This document shows positions 1 through 13,283 of a stretch of 21,869 bases of DNA, piece by piece. The stretch's first letter is position 1, and each line of letters begins with the position of its first letter. Position numbers and translations under genes: made by a program. Source of the stretch: Macrostomum lignano (Eukaryota); assembly GCA_002269645.1 (NCBI GenBank), contig NIVC01005200.1, forward strand, positions 1-21,869, in the 5' to 3' direction. Below the pieces are notes generated by a model. The model searched no databases, had not been told where the DNA came from, and saw only the letters and a list, made by a program, of their open reading frames with translations.

Positions 1-229
1 ACTCGCAATCAGTCCCTATCGCGCGGTCTCCGACGCCTGTTTGAACAAAACTAGGATGGTCTGTCGCCTGCTGCTGCTGCTCATTGTGTCCCACTGCATC
101 TTGGATCGGTGCGCTTATTATTTTCAAGTGATATTCAGCCTTACGTTGCATAAGTGAGTAACATTTTCCGTGAATTGAGCTCGATGTGGTTCAGAGCGTT
201 GCTATTGGCAACTCCACAGTGAAATTATT

Positions 230-1459
230 TCATATCAATGTTATTTTACGAAACAAAGGTTTATATTAAATTAGCACCGGCTTTTACATAAGCAACATTA
301 ATTACATTAGTAACATTTTAATTACATTAGCAACAACAGGTTACTTAGCAACATTAATTACATTAGCAACAACAGGTTACTTAGCAACATTAATTACATT
401 AGCAACAACAGGTTACTTAGCAACATTAATTACATTAGCAACAACAGGCTACTCAGCAACAACAGGTTACTCAGCAACGACGAGTTACTTAGCAACAACA
501 GGTTACTTAGCAACGACAGGTTACTTAGCAACGACAGGTTACTTAGCAACGACGAGTTACTTAGCAACGACGAGTTACTTAGCAACGACGAGTTACTTAG
601 CAACGACAGGTTACTTAGCAACGACGAGTTACTTAGCAACGACAGGTTACTTAGCAACGACGAGTTACTTAGCAACGACGAGTTACTTAGCAACGACAGG
701 TTACTTAGCAACGACGAGTTACTTAGCAACGACAGGTTACTTAGCAACGACGAGTTACTTAGCAACGACAGGTTACTTAGCAACGACGAGTTACTTAGCA
801 ACGACAGGTTACTTAGCAACAACAACGTCAGTCCAATTCGCTTCCAATTTTGCAGCAGCTTGATTTCGCTGCAAGAAGCCGCTCTAACCATCGGAAGAAT
901 GATCCTGATCAGCACCGGAAGTTACATGCGCAGTGCCGGAAACTTCTACGAAAGTCTTCTAACTGGCAGATTAGCGGTAGACGACGTCCTTAGCCAGGAG
1001 CTGCTCCTACACGACGTGTATCCGCTGCTGCTCAGCTCGCCGACAAGTTTCATTCAAGGAGCCAAATCTTGCAATGCCTGGTGGAAGATTAAACTGAGTT
1101 TACAGCGAATGTTCGAATTTAGAATAGCACCGCTGCTCAGTACAAAACTGTCGCACACGGTGTTTCTACTGCTGCTGCGAGTCATCCAGAATGGCCGACA
1201 AGAGATGCTGGTCTTTGTCTGCCTACTGATGGTGAACCTGCGGCGTAGGGAACGCTTGAACTTGCTGATGTCTCTGCCGAAGCTGGCGCTGTGCCACGTG
1301 GCTGTACTGGTGCTGGTGCTTGTTATTGTCAACTTCGTCACTTCCGTGGAGATGTTCTAAGCTTCCGCCTGTATGGACTGTTTTGTAACATTGAGTGACT
1401 TGTTACCGTCTAATTTTATTGGAGGGGGCCGCAATCCGTAGGATTTTTCTAATCTGAGG
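230..1459 (-). CDS. Candidate terminal exon, ~410 codons: His/Gln-rich region followed by VAKQPV/VAKQLV repeats (table 6)
   Basis: Frame has no TGA from 1459 to the TGA at 232-230. Unique part reads ...HQHQYSHVAQRQLRQRHQQVQAFPTPQVHHQ(TAG)ADKDQHLLSAILDDSQQQ(TAG)KHRVRQ...EQQRIHVV(TAG)EQLLAK..., with in-frame TAR at 884, 959, 971, 1007, 1100, 1166, 1223 and 1403. Candidate acceptor gtgcacacag|CCT at 1460/1459. The acceptor and the 3' end (2-nt irregularity at ~316-319) are uncertain. Confidence 0.55.
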
Positions 1460-3183
1460 CTGTGTGCACCCTGGCGCACTTTAAGCGACATTGTCACACA
1501 ACCGGCGAGAGGCATCACTGCCCATTCCGCAGACTCCCCTGAGCAGGCACACAAGCGCGCGGATACGTACGCAGTCATACGCACAGGCACACACACACAA
1601 ACGTGCACGAGGCACTTATTGGCCAAGTGTGCAAAAGCTTGCACATATTGGGACTGCTCCGACACACGAAAAATCACACACACACACGTCCCCACACAGG
1701 CAATTTTCAACCCACCAAATCGATTTTTATTGACAACATGCTTTTGGCTTACTGAAAACAGTTGGAAAGCATTTTTCGAGGTGCATTGAACTCACAACAG
1801 ATTGTACATGTATACTTGTCTAAAACAGAATTAAAAAACCCTGGTGTCTTGCTGAATTCCACTTAAGGCAATAATATCAGCGCGTCAAATTTCACCAGAT
1901 AATTTCAGCGATCATAGATTATAGAAGACAGGATGGTAAATGGCAAGGGACTTTAAGGTTATCGAAAACAAACGACATTGACACATATCAAAAAAATTTT
2001 ACGATCTGAATAAACAAAATTTGCTACATTTAGTGCCACTGGGAAAAAACAATTCTGTAGCGAAACTCCACTGTTCATAAAAATGTACTTTATTGATTAT
2101 GACACAATCACTAGAATTACTCAAAAGGTACATGTCAGCTATTCGGACCCACAGAATGCTATGTAAAAGGATGCGGAAATGAACCACACTATAGCAGAAG
2201 CCAGCACACACTATAGTATAGGGCTGTCCCAACAATTCCACCATAGCCAGTGTGGATGGGGCTGTCCCAACAATTCCACCATAGCCAGTGTGGATGGGGC
2301 TGTCCCAACAATTCCAGCATAGCTTGAAAAAGAATATACACAAATACTATAAAAAGCAAATGCTAGAGCTCTACCGCGGTCATTGCACCGGGTTTTATTA
2401 GAAACAGACTGCAAAAAAATGCGTCCTCTGAATAATATTCCAGTGAAGCACACAACAGTTAATCGGCTTCTCGATTCAGAAACTTAAAAAATAACCAGCT
2501 CCGCCAGAAAACTCATCAATTAACTGACTGCCGGCACGGATAGCGGCTGCTGCTGCTGCTGCTGCTGCTGCTGCGGCTTGTGAGCAGCAAGTGAACCAAA
2601 TGACGGATGCAGCGGCGAGATCAGAATGCTCGCTGCTGATCGTTAAAGCGCATTCTTGTCTCTTAGGCATGTCGCTGGCGTTGCTGACTTCAGAAGCTGC
2701 GAGGAAAAGAAATCAATTAAGATAGGCTTGCTTTAGTAATCATTAATAGGCTATAAAGGAACCCTTTAATAGAACGTGTTCAACTAATGCTGGGTCTGTT
2801 TTGAAAAGTCAGAACTCAGAAGTAGTCGCGATTAGAATCAGTATTGTCCCAATAAGTGCGACCCAACAAATGCTGTTCAAAAAATAGGCCTGGCTGCAAT
2901 GTCCCAATAAATGCCCAACAAATTACTAGCCTTGAGCTAGGCTGGGCTGTGTTTACTATTCATTGCGTTTGTAGCTTGTGTCCCAACAATGCCACTGAGA
3001 TTGTTGCATTGCTTTTGAATTGTGCTCTACCAGGTAACACAAGTACTCTGGTGTACAATACTTCTACAGCAGATAATACTCACCCAAAACAGATCGTCTC
3101 TTTCTCTTTAATCCTGTGCCAGACGGGTTTTCTTCAGATCCACCAGAAAATTCACAAATAGACTGACTGCCTGCACGGATAGC

Positions 3184-3216
<33 letters not shown>

Positions 3217-3827
3217 GGCTTGTGAGCAGCAAGGGAACCAAATGACGGATGCAGCGGCGAGATCAGAATGCTCGCTGCTGATCGTTAAAGCGCATTCTTG
3301 TCTCTTAGGCATGTCGCTGGCGTTGCTGACTTCAGAAGCTGCGAGGAAAAGAAATCAATTAAGATAGGCTTGCTTTAGTAATCATTAATAGGCTATAAAG
3401 GAACCCTTTAATAGAACGTGTTCAACTAATGCTGGGTCTGTTTTGAAAAGTCAGAACTCAGAAGTAGTCGCGATTAGAATCAGTATTGTCCCAATAAGTG
3501 CGACCCAACAAATGCTGTTCAAAAAATAGGCCTGGCTGCAATGTCCCAATAAATGCCCAACAAATTACTAGCCTTGAGCTAGGCTGGGCTGTGTTTACTA
3601 TTCTTTGCGTTTGTATAGCTTGTGTCCCAACAATGCCACTGAGATTGTTGCATTGCTTTTGAATTGTGCTCTACCAGGTAACACAAGTACTCTGGTGTAC
3701 AATACTTCTACAGCAGATAATACTCACCCAAAACAGATCGTCTCTTTCTCTTTAATCCTGTGCCAGACGGGTTATCTTCAGATCCACCAGAAAATTCACA
3801 AATAGACTGACTGCCTGCACGGATAGC

Positions 3828-3863
<36 letters not shown>

Positions 3864-5511
3864 GGCTTGTGAGCAGCAAGTGAACCAAATGACGGATGCA
3901 GCGGCGAGATCAGAATGCTCGCTGCTGATCGTTAAAGCGCATTCTTGTCTCTTAGGCATGTCGCTGGCGTTGCTGACTTCAGAAGCTGCGAGGAAAAGAA
4001 ATCAATTAAGATAGGCTTGCTTTAGTAATCATTAATAGGCTATAAAGGAACCCTTTAATAGAACGTGTTCAACTAATGCTGGGTCTGTTTTGAAAAGTCA
4101 GAACTCAGAAGTAGTCGCGATTAGAATCAGTATTGTCCCAATAAGTGCGACCCAACAAATGCTGTTCAAAAAATAGGCCTGGCTGCAATGTCCCAATAAA
4201 TGCCCAACAAATTACTAGCCTTGAGCTAGGCTGGGCTGTGTTTACTATTCTTTGCGTTTGTATAGCTTGTGTCCCAACAATGCCACTGAGATTGTTGCAT
4301 TGCTTTTGAATTGTGCTCTACCAGGTAACACAAGTACTCTGGTGTACAATACTTCTACAGCAGATAATACTCACCCAAAACAGATCGTCTCTTTCTCTTT
4401 AATCCTGTGCCAGACGGGTTATCTTCAGATCCACCAGAAAATTCACAAATAGACTGACTGCCTGCACGGATAGCGGCTGCTGCTGCTGCTTTTCTTTCTT
4501 TCTTTCTTTTTCGGGTCACGGACATTGTAGCTAGACGTAGCTAATAGGACCGGGGGCGTAGCCCCATGCAGCCGGGGCGCTGACCCTGCGCGGGCGGGCA
4601 GTAGACGGCGGAATCCAATTTGCGGCCTGCGGCGGGTGGCCAGAGAGCGTGGGGACCCGAGTCCCGGTGCGCAGGGCTCCTCCGCAGACCGACTTACGCT
4701 GTAAAAACCGCCATCCACCGCCAACCCAACGTTGGGGGACAGCTCTCCCAGGCTGCATACCCGGAGGTGAGACCAATTCGTCACCCCGTCGATGGCAGGG
4801 ACGCACGGAGCTCCTGCCACATTGGCGGGGTGTCCAGGGGCGCGACGTGGACGCTGGTCTCGTGCCACCCGCTGCTGCTGCTGCTGCTGCCGCTGCTGCT
4901 GCGGCTTGTGAGCAGCAAGTGAACCAAATGACGGATGCAGCGGCGAGATCAGAATGCTCGCTGCTGATCGTTAAAGCGCATTCTTGTCTCTTAGGCATGT
5001 CGCTGGCGTTGCTGACTTCAGAAGCTGCGAGGAAAAGAAATCAATTAAGATAGGCTTGCTTTAGTAATCATTAATAGGCTATAAAGGAACCCTTTAATAG
5101 AACGTGTTCAACTAATGCTGGGTCTGTTTTGAAAAGTCAGAACTCAGAAGTAGTCGCGATTAGAATCAGTATTGTCCCAATAAGTGCGACCCAACAAATG
5201 CTGTTCAAAAAATAGGCCTGGCTGCAATGTCCCAATAAATGCCCAACAAATTACTAGCCTTGAGCTAGGCTGGGCTGTGTTTACTATTCATTGCGTTTGT
5301 AGCTTGTGTCCCAACAATGCCACTGAGATTGTTGCATTGCTTTTGAATTGTGCTCTACCAGGTAACACAAGTACTCTGGTGTACAATACTTCTACAGCAG
5401 ATAATACTCACCCAAAACAGATCGTCTCTTTCTCTTTAATCCTGTGCCAGACGGGTTTTCTTCAGATCCACCAGAAAATTCACAAATAGACTGACTGCCT
5501 GCACGGATAGC

Positions 5512-5547
<36 letters not shown>

Positions 5548-6155
5548 GGCTTGTGAGCAGCAAGTGAACCAAATGACGGATGCAGCGGCGAGATCAGAAT
5601 GCTCGCTGCTGATCGTTAAAGCGCATTCTTGTCTCTTAGGCATGTCGCTGGCGTTGCTGACTTCAGAAGCTGCGAGGAAAAGAAATCAATTAAGATAGGC
5701 TTGCTTTAGTAATCATTAATAGGCTATAAAGGAACCCTTTAATAGAACGTGTTCAACTAATGCTGGGTCTGTTTTGAAAAGTCAGAACTCAGAAGTAGTC
5801 GCGATTAGAATCAGTATTGTCCCAATAAGTGCGACCCAACAAATGCTGTTCAAAAAATAGGCCTGGCTGCAATGTCCCAATAAATGCCCAACAAATTACT
5901 AGCCTTGAGCTAGGCTGGGCTGTGTTTACTATTCTTGCGTTTGTAGCTTGTGTCCCAACAATGCCACTGAGATTGTTGCATTGCTTTTGAATTGTGCTCT
6001 ACCAGGTAACACAAGTACTCTGGTGTACAATACTTCTACAGCAGATAATACTCACCCAAAACAGATCGTCTCTTTCTCTTTAATCCTGTGCCAGACGGGT
6101 TTTCTTCAGATCCACCAGAAAATTCACAAATAGACTGACTGCCTGCACGGATAGC

Positions 6156-6188
<33 letters not shown>

Positions 6189-6797
6189 GGCTTGTGAGCA
6201 GCAAGTGAACCAAATGACGGATGCAGCGGCGAGATCAGAATGCTCGCTGCTGATCGTTAAAGCGCATTCTTGTCTCTTAGGCATGTCGCTGGCGTTGCTG
6301 ACTTCAGAAGCTGCGAGGAAAAGAAATCAATTAAGATAGGCTTGCTTTAGTAATCATTAATAGGCTATAAAGGAACCCTTTAATAGAACGTGTTCAACTA
6401 ATGCTGGGTCTGTTTTGAAAAGTCAGAACTCAGAAGTAGTCGCGATTAGAATCAGTATTGTCCCAATAAGTGCGACCCAACAAATGCTGTTCAAAAAATA
6501 GGCCTGGCTGCAATGTCCCAATAAATGCCCAACAAATTACTAGCCTTGAGCTAGGCTGGGCTGTGTTTACTATTCATTGCGTTTGTAGCTTGTGTCCCAA
6601 CAATGCCACTGAGATTGTTGCATTGCTTTTGAATTGTGCTCTACCAGGTAACACAAGTACTCTGGTGTACAATACTTCTACAGCAGATAATACTCACCCA
6701 AAACAGATCGTCTCTTTCTCTTTAATCCTGTGCCAGACGGGTTTTCTTCAGATCCACCAGAAAATTCACAAATAGACTGACTGCCTGCACGGATAGC

Positions 6798-6830
<33 letters not shown>

Positions 6831-7438
6831 GCTTGTGAGCAGCAAGTGAACCAAATGACGGATGCAGCGGCGAGATCAGAATGCTCGCTGCTGATCGTTA
6901 AAGCGCATTCTTGTCTCTTAGGCATGTCGCTGGCGTTGCTGACTTCAGAAGCTGCGAGGAAAAGAAATCAATTAAGATAGGCTTGCTTTAGTAATCATTA
7001 ATAGGCTATAAAGGAACCCTTTAATAGAACGTGTTCAACTAATGCTGGGTCTGTTTTGAAAAGTCAGAACTCAGAAGTAGTCGCGATTAGAATCAGTATT
7101 GTCCCAATAAGTGCGACCCAACAAATGCTGTTCAAAAAATAGGCCTGGCTGCAATGTCCCAATAAATGCCCAACAAATTACTAGCCTTGAGCTAGGCTGG
7201 GCTGTGTTTACTATTCATTGCGTTTGTAGCTTGTGTCCCAACAATGCCACTGAGATTGTTGCATTGCTTTTGAATTGTGCTCTACCAGGTAACACAAGTA
7301 CTCTGGTGTACAATACTTCTACAGCAGATAATACTCACCCAAAACAGATCGTCTCTTTCTCTTTAATCCTGTGCCAGACGGGTTTTCTTCAGATCCACCA
7401 GAAAATTCACAAATAGACTGACTGCCTGCACGGATAGC

Positions 7439-7471
<33 letters not shown>

Positions 7472-8078
7472 GGCTTGTGAGCAGCAAGTGAACCAAATGA
7501 CGGATGCAGCGGCGAGATCAGAATGCTCGCTGCTGATCGTTAAAGCGCATTCTTGTCTCTTAGGCATGTCGCTGGCGTTGCTGACTTCAGAAGCTGCGAG
7601 GAAAAGAAATCAATTAAGATAGGCTTGCTTTAGTAATCATTAATAGGCTATAAAGGAACCCTTTAATAGAACGTGTTCAACTAATGCTGGGTCTGTTTTG
7701 AAAAGTCAGAACTCAGAAGTAGTCGCGATTAGAATCAGTATTGTCCCAATAAGTGCGACCCAACAAATGCTGTTCAAAAAATAGGCCTGGCTGCAATGTC
7801 CCAATAAATGCCCAACAAATTACTAGCCTTGAGCTAGGCTGGGCTGTGTTTACTATTCATTGCGTTTGTAGCTTGTGTCCCAACAATGCCACTGAGATTG
7901 TTGCATTGCTTTTGAATTGTGCTCTACCAGTAACACAAGTACTCTGGTGTACAATACTTCTACAGCAGATAATACTCACCCAAAACAGATCGTCTCTTTC
8001 TCTTTAATCCTGTGCCGACGGGTTTTCTTCAGATCCACCAGAAAATTCACAAATAGACTGACTGCCTGCACGGATAGC

Positions 8079-8111
<33 letters not shown>

Positions 8112-8720
8112 GGCTTGTGAGCAGCAAGTGAACCAAATGACGGATGCAGCGGCGAGATCAGAATGCTCGCTGCTGATCGTTAAAGCGCATTCTTGTCTCT
8201 TAGGCATGTCGCTGGCGTTGCTGACTTCAGAATCTGCGAGGAAAAGAAATCAATTAAGATAGGCTTGCTTTAGTAATCATTAATAGGCTATAAAGGAACC
8301 CTTTAATAGAACGTGTTCAACTAATGCTGGGTCTGTTTTGAAAAGTCAGAACTCAGAAGTAGTCGCGATTAGAATCAGTATTGTCCCAATAAGTGCGACC
8401 CAACAAATGCTGTTCAAAAAATAGGCCTGGCTGCAATGTCCCAATAAATGCCCAACAAATTACTAGCCTTGAGCTAGGCTGGGCTGTGTTTACTATTCAT
8501 TGCGTTTGTAGCTTGTGTCCCAACAATGCCACTGAGATTGTTGCATTGCTTTTGAATTGTGCTCTACCAGGTAACACAAGTACTCTGGTGTACAATACTT
8601 CTACAGCAGATAATACTCACCCAAAACAGATCGTCTCTTTCTCTTTAATCCTGTGCCGGACGGGTTTTCTTCAGATCCACCAGAAAATTCACAAATAGAC
8701 TGACTGCCTGCACGGATAGC

Positions 8721-8756
<36 letters not shown>

Positions 8757-9363
8757 GGCTTGTGAGCAGCAAGTGAACCAAATGACGGATGCAGCGGCGA
8801 GATCAGAATGCTCGCTGCTGATCGTTAAAGCGCATTCTTGTCTCTTAGGCATGTCGCTGGCGTTGCTGACTTCAGAAGCTGCGAGGAAAAGAAATCAATT
8901 AAGATAGGCTTGCTTTAGTAATCATTAATAGGCTATAAAGGAACCCTTTAATAGAACGTGTTCAACTAATGCTGGGTCTGTTTTGAAAAGTCAGAACTCA
9001 GAAGTAGTCGCGATTAGAATCAGTATTGTCCCAATAAGTGCGACCCAACAAATGCTGTTCAAAAAATAGGCCTGGCTGCAATGTCCCAATAAATGCCCAA
9101 CAAATTACTAGCCTTGAGCTAGGCTGGGCTGTGTTTACTATTCATTGCGTTTGTAGCTTGTGTCCCAACAATGCCACTGAGATTGTTGCATTGCTTTTGA
9201 ATTGTGCTCTACCAGTAACACAAGTACTCTGGTGTACAATACTTCTACAGCAGATAATACTCACCCAAAACAGATCGTCTCTTTCTCTTTAATCCTGTGC
9301 CGACGGGTTTTCTTCAGATCCACCAGAAAATTCACAAATAGACTGACTGCCTGCACGGATAGC

Positions 9364-9396
<33 letters not shown>

Positions 9397-10004
9397 GGCT
9401 TGTGAGCAGCAAGTGAACCAAATGACGGATGCAGCGGCGAGATCAGAATGCTCGCTGCTGATCGTTAAAGCGCATTCTTGTCTCTTAGGCATGTCGCTGG
9501 CGTTGCTGACTTCAGAAGCTGCGAGGAAAAGAAATCAATTAAGATAGGCTTGCTTTAGTAATCATTAATAGGCTATAAAGGAACCCTTTAATAGAACGTG
9601 TTCAACTAATGCTGGGTCTGTTTTGAAAAGTCAGAACTCAGAAGTAGTCGCGATTAGAATCAGTATTGTCCCAATAAGTGCGACCCAACAAATGCTGTTC
9701 AAAAAATAGGCCTGGCTGCAATGTCCCAATAAATGCCCAACAAATTACTAGCCTTGAGCTAGGCTGGGCTGTGTTTACTATTCATTGCGTTTGTAGCTTG
9801 TGTCCCAACAATGCCACTGAGATTGTTGCATTGCTTTTGAATTGTGCTCTACCAGTAACACAAGTACTCTGGTGTACAATACTTCTACAGCAGATAATAC
9901 TCACCCAAAACAGATCGTCTCTTTCTCTTTAATCCTGTGCCGGACGGGTTTTCTTCAGATCCACCAGAAAATTCACAAATAGACTGACTGCCTGCACGGA
10001 TAGC

Positions 10005-10045
<41 letters not shown>

Positions 10046-10649
10046 GTGAGCAGCAAGTGAACCAAATGACGGATGCAGCGGCGAGATCAGAATGCTCGCT
10101 GCTGATCGTTAAAGCGCATTCTTGTCTCTTAGGCATGTCGCTGGCGTTGCTGACTTCAGAATCTGCGAGGAAAAGAAATCAATTAAGATAGGCTTGCTTT
10201 AGTAATCATTAATAGGCTATAAAGGAACCCTTTAATAGAACGTGTTCAACTAATGCTGGGTCTGTTTTGAAAAGTCAGAACTCAGAAGTAGTCGCGATTA
10301 GAATCAGTATTGTCCCAATAAGTGCGACCCAACAAATGCTGTTCAAAAAATAGGCCTGGCTGCAATGTCCCAATAAATGCCCAACAAATTACTAGCCTTG
10401 AGCTAGGCTGGGCTGTGTTTACTATTCATTGCGTTTGTAGCTTGTGTCCCAACAATGCCACTGAGATTGTTGCATTGCTTTTGAATTGTGCTCTACCAAG
10501 TAACACAAGTACTCTGGTGTACAATACTTCTACAGCAGATAATACTCACCCAAAACAGATCGTCTCTTTCTCTTTAATCCTGTGCCGGACGGGTTTTCTT
10601 CAGATCCACCAGAAAATTCACAAATAGACTGACTGCCTGCACGGATAGC

Positions 10650-10693
<44 letters not shown>

Positions 10694-11297
10694 GTGAGCA
10701 GCAAGTGAACCAAATGACGGATGCAGCGGCGAGATCAGAATGCTCGCTGCTGATCGTTAAAGCGCATTCTTGTCTCTTAGGCATGTCGCTGGCGTTGCTG
10801 ACTTCAGAATCTGCGAGGAAAAGAAATCAATTAAGATAGGCTTGCTTTAGTAATCATTAATAGGCTATAAAGGAACCCTTTAATAGAACGTGTTCAACTA
10901 ATGCTGGGTCTGTTTTGAAAAGTCAGAACTCAGAAGTAGTCGCGATTAGAATCAGTATTGTCCCAATAAGTGCGACCCAACAAATGCTGTTCAAAAAATA
11001 GGCCTGGCTGCAATGTCCCAATAAATGCCCAACAAATTACTAGCCTTGAGCTAGGCTGGGCTGTGTTTACTATTCATTGCGTTTGTAGCTTGTGTCCCAA
11101 CAATGCCACTGAGATTGTTGCATTGCTTTTGAATTGTGCTCTACCAAGTAACACAAGTACTCTGGTGTACAATACTTCTACAGCAGATAATACTCACCCA
11201 AAACAGATCGTCTCTTTCTCTTTAATCCTGTGCCGGACGGGTTTTCTTCAGATCCACCAGAAAATTCACAAATAGACTGACTGCCTGCACGGATAGC

Positions 11298-11341
<44 letters not shown>

Positions 11342-11942
11342 AGCAGCAAGTGAACCAAATGACGGATGCAGCGGCGAGATCAGAATGCTCGCTGCTGATC
11401 GTTAAAGCGCATTCTTGTCTCTTAGGCATGTCGCTGGCGTTGCTGACTTCAGAATCTGCGAGGAAAAGAAATCAATTAAGATAGGCTTGCTTTAGTAATC
11501 ATTAATAGGCTATAAAGGAACCCTTTAATAGAACGTGTTCAACTAATGCTGGGTCTGTTTTGAAAAGTCAGAACTCAGAAGTAGTCGCGATTAGAATCAG
11601 TATTGTCCCAATAAGTGCGACCCAACAAATGCTGTTCAAAAAATAGGCCTGGCTGCAATGTCCCAATAAATGCCCAACAAATTACTAGCCTTGAGCTAGG
11701 CTGGGCTGTGTTTACTATTCATTGCGTTTGTAGCTTGTGTCCCAACAATGCCACTGAGATTGTTGCATTGCTTTTGAATTGTGCTCTACCAAGTAACACA
11801 AGTACTCTGGTGTACAATACTTCTACAGCAGATAATACTCACCCAAAACAGATCGTCTCTTTCTCTTTAATCCTGTGCCGGACGGGTTTTCTTCAGATCC
11901 ACCAGAAAATTCACAAATAGACTGACTGCCTGCACGGATAGC

Positions 11943-11983
<41 letters not shown>

Positions 11984-12587
11984 GTGAGCAGCAAGTGAAC
12001 CAAATGACGGATGCAGCGGCGAGATCAGAATGCTCGCTGCTGATCGTTAAAGCGCATTCTTGTCTCTTAGGCATGTCGCTGGCGTTGCTGACTTCAGAAT
12101 CTGCGAGGAAAAGAAATCAATTAAGATAGGCTTGCTTTAGTAATCATTAATAGGCTATAAAGGAACCCTTTAATAGAACGTGTTCAACTAATGCTGGGTC
12201 TGTTTTGAAAAGTCAGAACTCAGAAGTAGTCGCGATTAGAATCAGTATTGTCCCAATAAGTGCGACCCAACAAATGCTGTTCAAAAAATAGGCCTGGCTG
12301 CAATGTCCCAATAAATGCCCAACAAATTACTAGCCTTGAGCTAGGCTGGGCTGTGTTTACTATTCATTGCGTTTGTAGCTTGTGTCCCAACAATGCCACT
12401 GAGATTGTTGCATTGCTTTTGAATTGTGCTCTACCAAGTAACACAAGTACTCTGGTGTACAATACTTCTACAGCAGATAATACTCACCCAAAACAGATCG
12501 TCTCTTTCTCTTTAATCCTGTGCCGGACGGGTTTTCTTCAGATCCACCAGAAAATTCACAAATAGACTGACTGCCTGCACGGATAGC

Positions 12588-12634
<47 letters not shown>

Positions 12635-13235
12635 AGCAGCAAGTGAACCAAATGACGGATGCAGCGGCGAGATCAGAATGCTCGCTGCTGATCGTTAAAG
12701 CGCATTCTTGTCTCTTAGGCATGTCGCTGGCGTTGCTGACTTCAGAATCTGCGAGGAAAAGAAATCAATTAAGATAGGCTTGCTTTAGTAATCATTAATA
12801 GGCTATAAAGGAACCCTTTAATAGAACGTGTTCAACTAATGCTGGGTCTGTTTTGAAAAGTCAGAACTCAGAAGTAGTCGCGATTAGAATCAGTATTGTC
12901 CCAATAAGTGCGACCCAACAAATGCTGTTCAAAAAATAGGCCTGGCTGCAATGTCCCAATAAATGCCCAACAAATTACTAGCCTTGAGCTAGGCTGGGCT
13001 GTGTTTACTATTCATTGCGTTTGTAGCTTGTGTCCCAACAATGCCACTGAGATTGTTGCATTGCTTTTGAATTGTGCTCTACCAAGTAACACAAGTACTC
13101 TGGTGTACAATACTTCTACAGCAGATAATACTCACCCAAAACAGATCGTCTCTTTCTCTTTAATCCTGTGCCGGACGGGTTTTCTTCAGATCCACCAGAA
13201 AATTCACAAATAGACTGACTGCCTGCACGGATAGC

Positions 13236-13283
<48 letters not shown>

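Noticed and set aside
430-1360. ORFs 430-915 (LLSNLS repeats) and 860-1360 (Leu-rich)
   Set aside because: Alternative-frame and antisense shadows of the Gln-rich minus frame; their composition is that expected for a reverse complement.
1054-1760. Second long minus frame (ORFs 1357-1710 and 1054-1341, joined if TAG=Gln)
   Set aside because: It ends at TGA 1056-1054 and its upstream part runs through TG-repeat intron-like DNA. It cannot be excluded that part of it (LRLEKSYGLRPPPIKL...) is the real frame, linked by an indel.
4491-4870. tRNA- or 7SL-derived SINE head; hammerhead ribozyme
   Set aside because: No A/B box, cloverleaf or CTGATGA...GAAA core recognised; the 5' end is fully explained by the HDV fold.
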